DNA from: Candidatus Bathyarchaeota archaeon
Lineage (GTDB): Archaea; Thermoproteota; Bathyarchaeia; Bathyarchaeales; DTEX01
Assembly (NCBI GenBank): GCA_963714275.1
Contig: CAVQNT010000002.1
Coordinates: forward strand, 416,001-480,000
Direction: 5' to 3'
Length of the DNA: 64,000 nt
Shown: positions 63,681 through 64,000 of the stretch, one piece after another
Layout of the letters: each line of letters starts with the position of its first letter
Numbering within the stretch: the stretch's first letter is position 1
The notes under the pieces: generated by a model
Told to the model about the DNA's origin: nothing
What the model saw: only the letters and a program-made list of their open reading frames with translations
Databases searched by the model: none
Translations under genes and position numbers: made by a program

Positions 63681-64000
63681 TTGTCGGTTAATGTTCCATT
63701 CTTGGCGGTGATTGGTCGCAAGCATTCTGGGAAAACAACCGTGGTCGAAGGGTTAGTGGCTAATTTTGTGAAGAAAGGATTACGGGTTGCCACGGTTAAA
63801 CATGTCAGCCAAAGCGGCTTCTCGATGGACTCTGAAGGAAAGGACACGTGGAGGCACTCGGTTGCAGGAGCCAATCCGGTGATACTAGTTTCGGACAAGG
63901 AGATGACCATAAAAATTAGGGACGGAGCATCGGTGTCGCTGGGCACCTTGTCAAAAATAGCGGAGGAAAACAAGGCTAACGTCATCATAATTGAGGGTCA
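63681..64000 (+). CDS. mobB: Molybdopterin-guanine dinucleotide biosynthesis protein B (3' truncated by window)
   Basis: Hand-read: IGRKHSGKTT, VATVKH, D.EGKDTWRH..AGA, IIIEG. Confidence 0.88.
   Translation, partial: MSVNVPFLAVIGRKHSGKTTVVEGLVANFVKKGLRVATVKHVSQSGFSMDSEGKDTWRHSVAGANPVILVSDKEMTIKIRDGASVSLGTLSKIAEENKANVIIIEG

Noticed and set aside
1-64000. Stop-codon recoding (Sec/Pyl or an alternative genetic code)
   Set aside because: All gene breaks examined change frame rather than read through an in-frame TGA/TAG; all three stops terminate conserved genes normally

Overview
Archaeal chromosomal window. Gene content and protein style suggest Bathyarchaeia/TACK (inference). Many genes, including essential ones, carry single-base frameshifts that are most likely long-read indel errors. 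Layout: (1) 1-5289, pstSCAB-phoU-DUF47-arsC phosphate/arsenate cluster. (2) ~5300-15672, an AT-richer integrated mobile element or insertion hotspot. It has a cargo region punctuated by two families of short palindromic repeats. Its backbone is an RHH repressor, small ORFs, a P-loop replication protein with an internal iteron/inverted-repeat origin, and a Zn-ribbon tyrosine recombinase. A 12-bp near-direct repeat made of the integrase's own last codons bounds the region. (3) 15782-30651, proteasome/exosome and RNase P-ribosomal protein-eIF6-prefoldin-FtsY superoperons, separated by an ArsR-ABC exporter module and a surface protein. (4) 30.8-64 kb, mixed housekeeping and metabolic genes: MoxR-vWA pair, EF-2, GatB, EndoQ, PolB, QueT, MobB and others. 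The best candidates for undescribed biology are the hairpin-site, cassette-like architecture of the tyrosine-recombinase element and a pseudoknot-forming, Shine-Dalgarno-sequestering 5' leader (candidate archaeal riboswitch) in front of queT.
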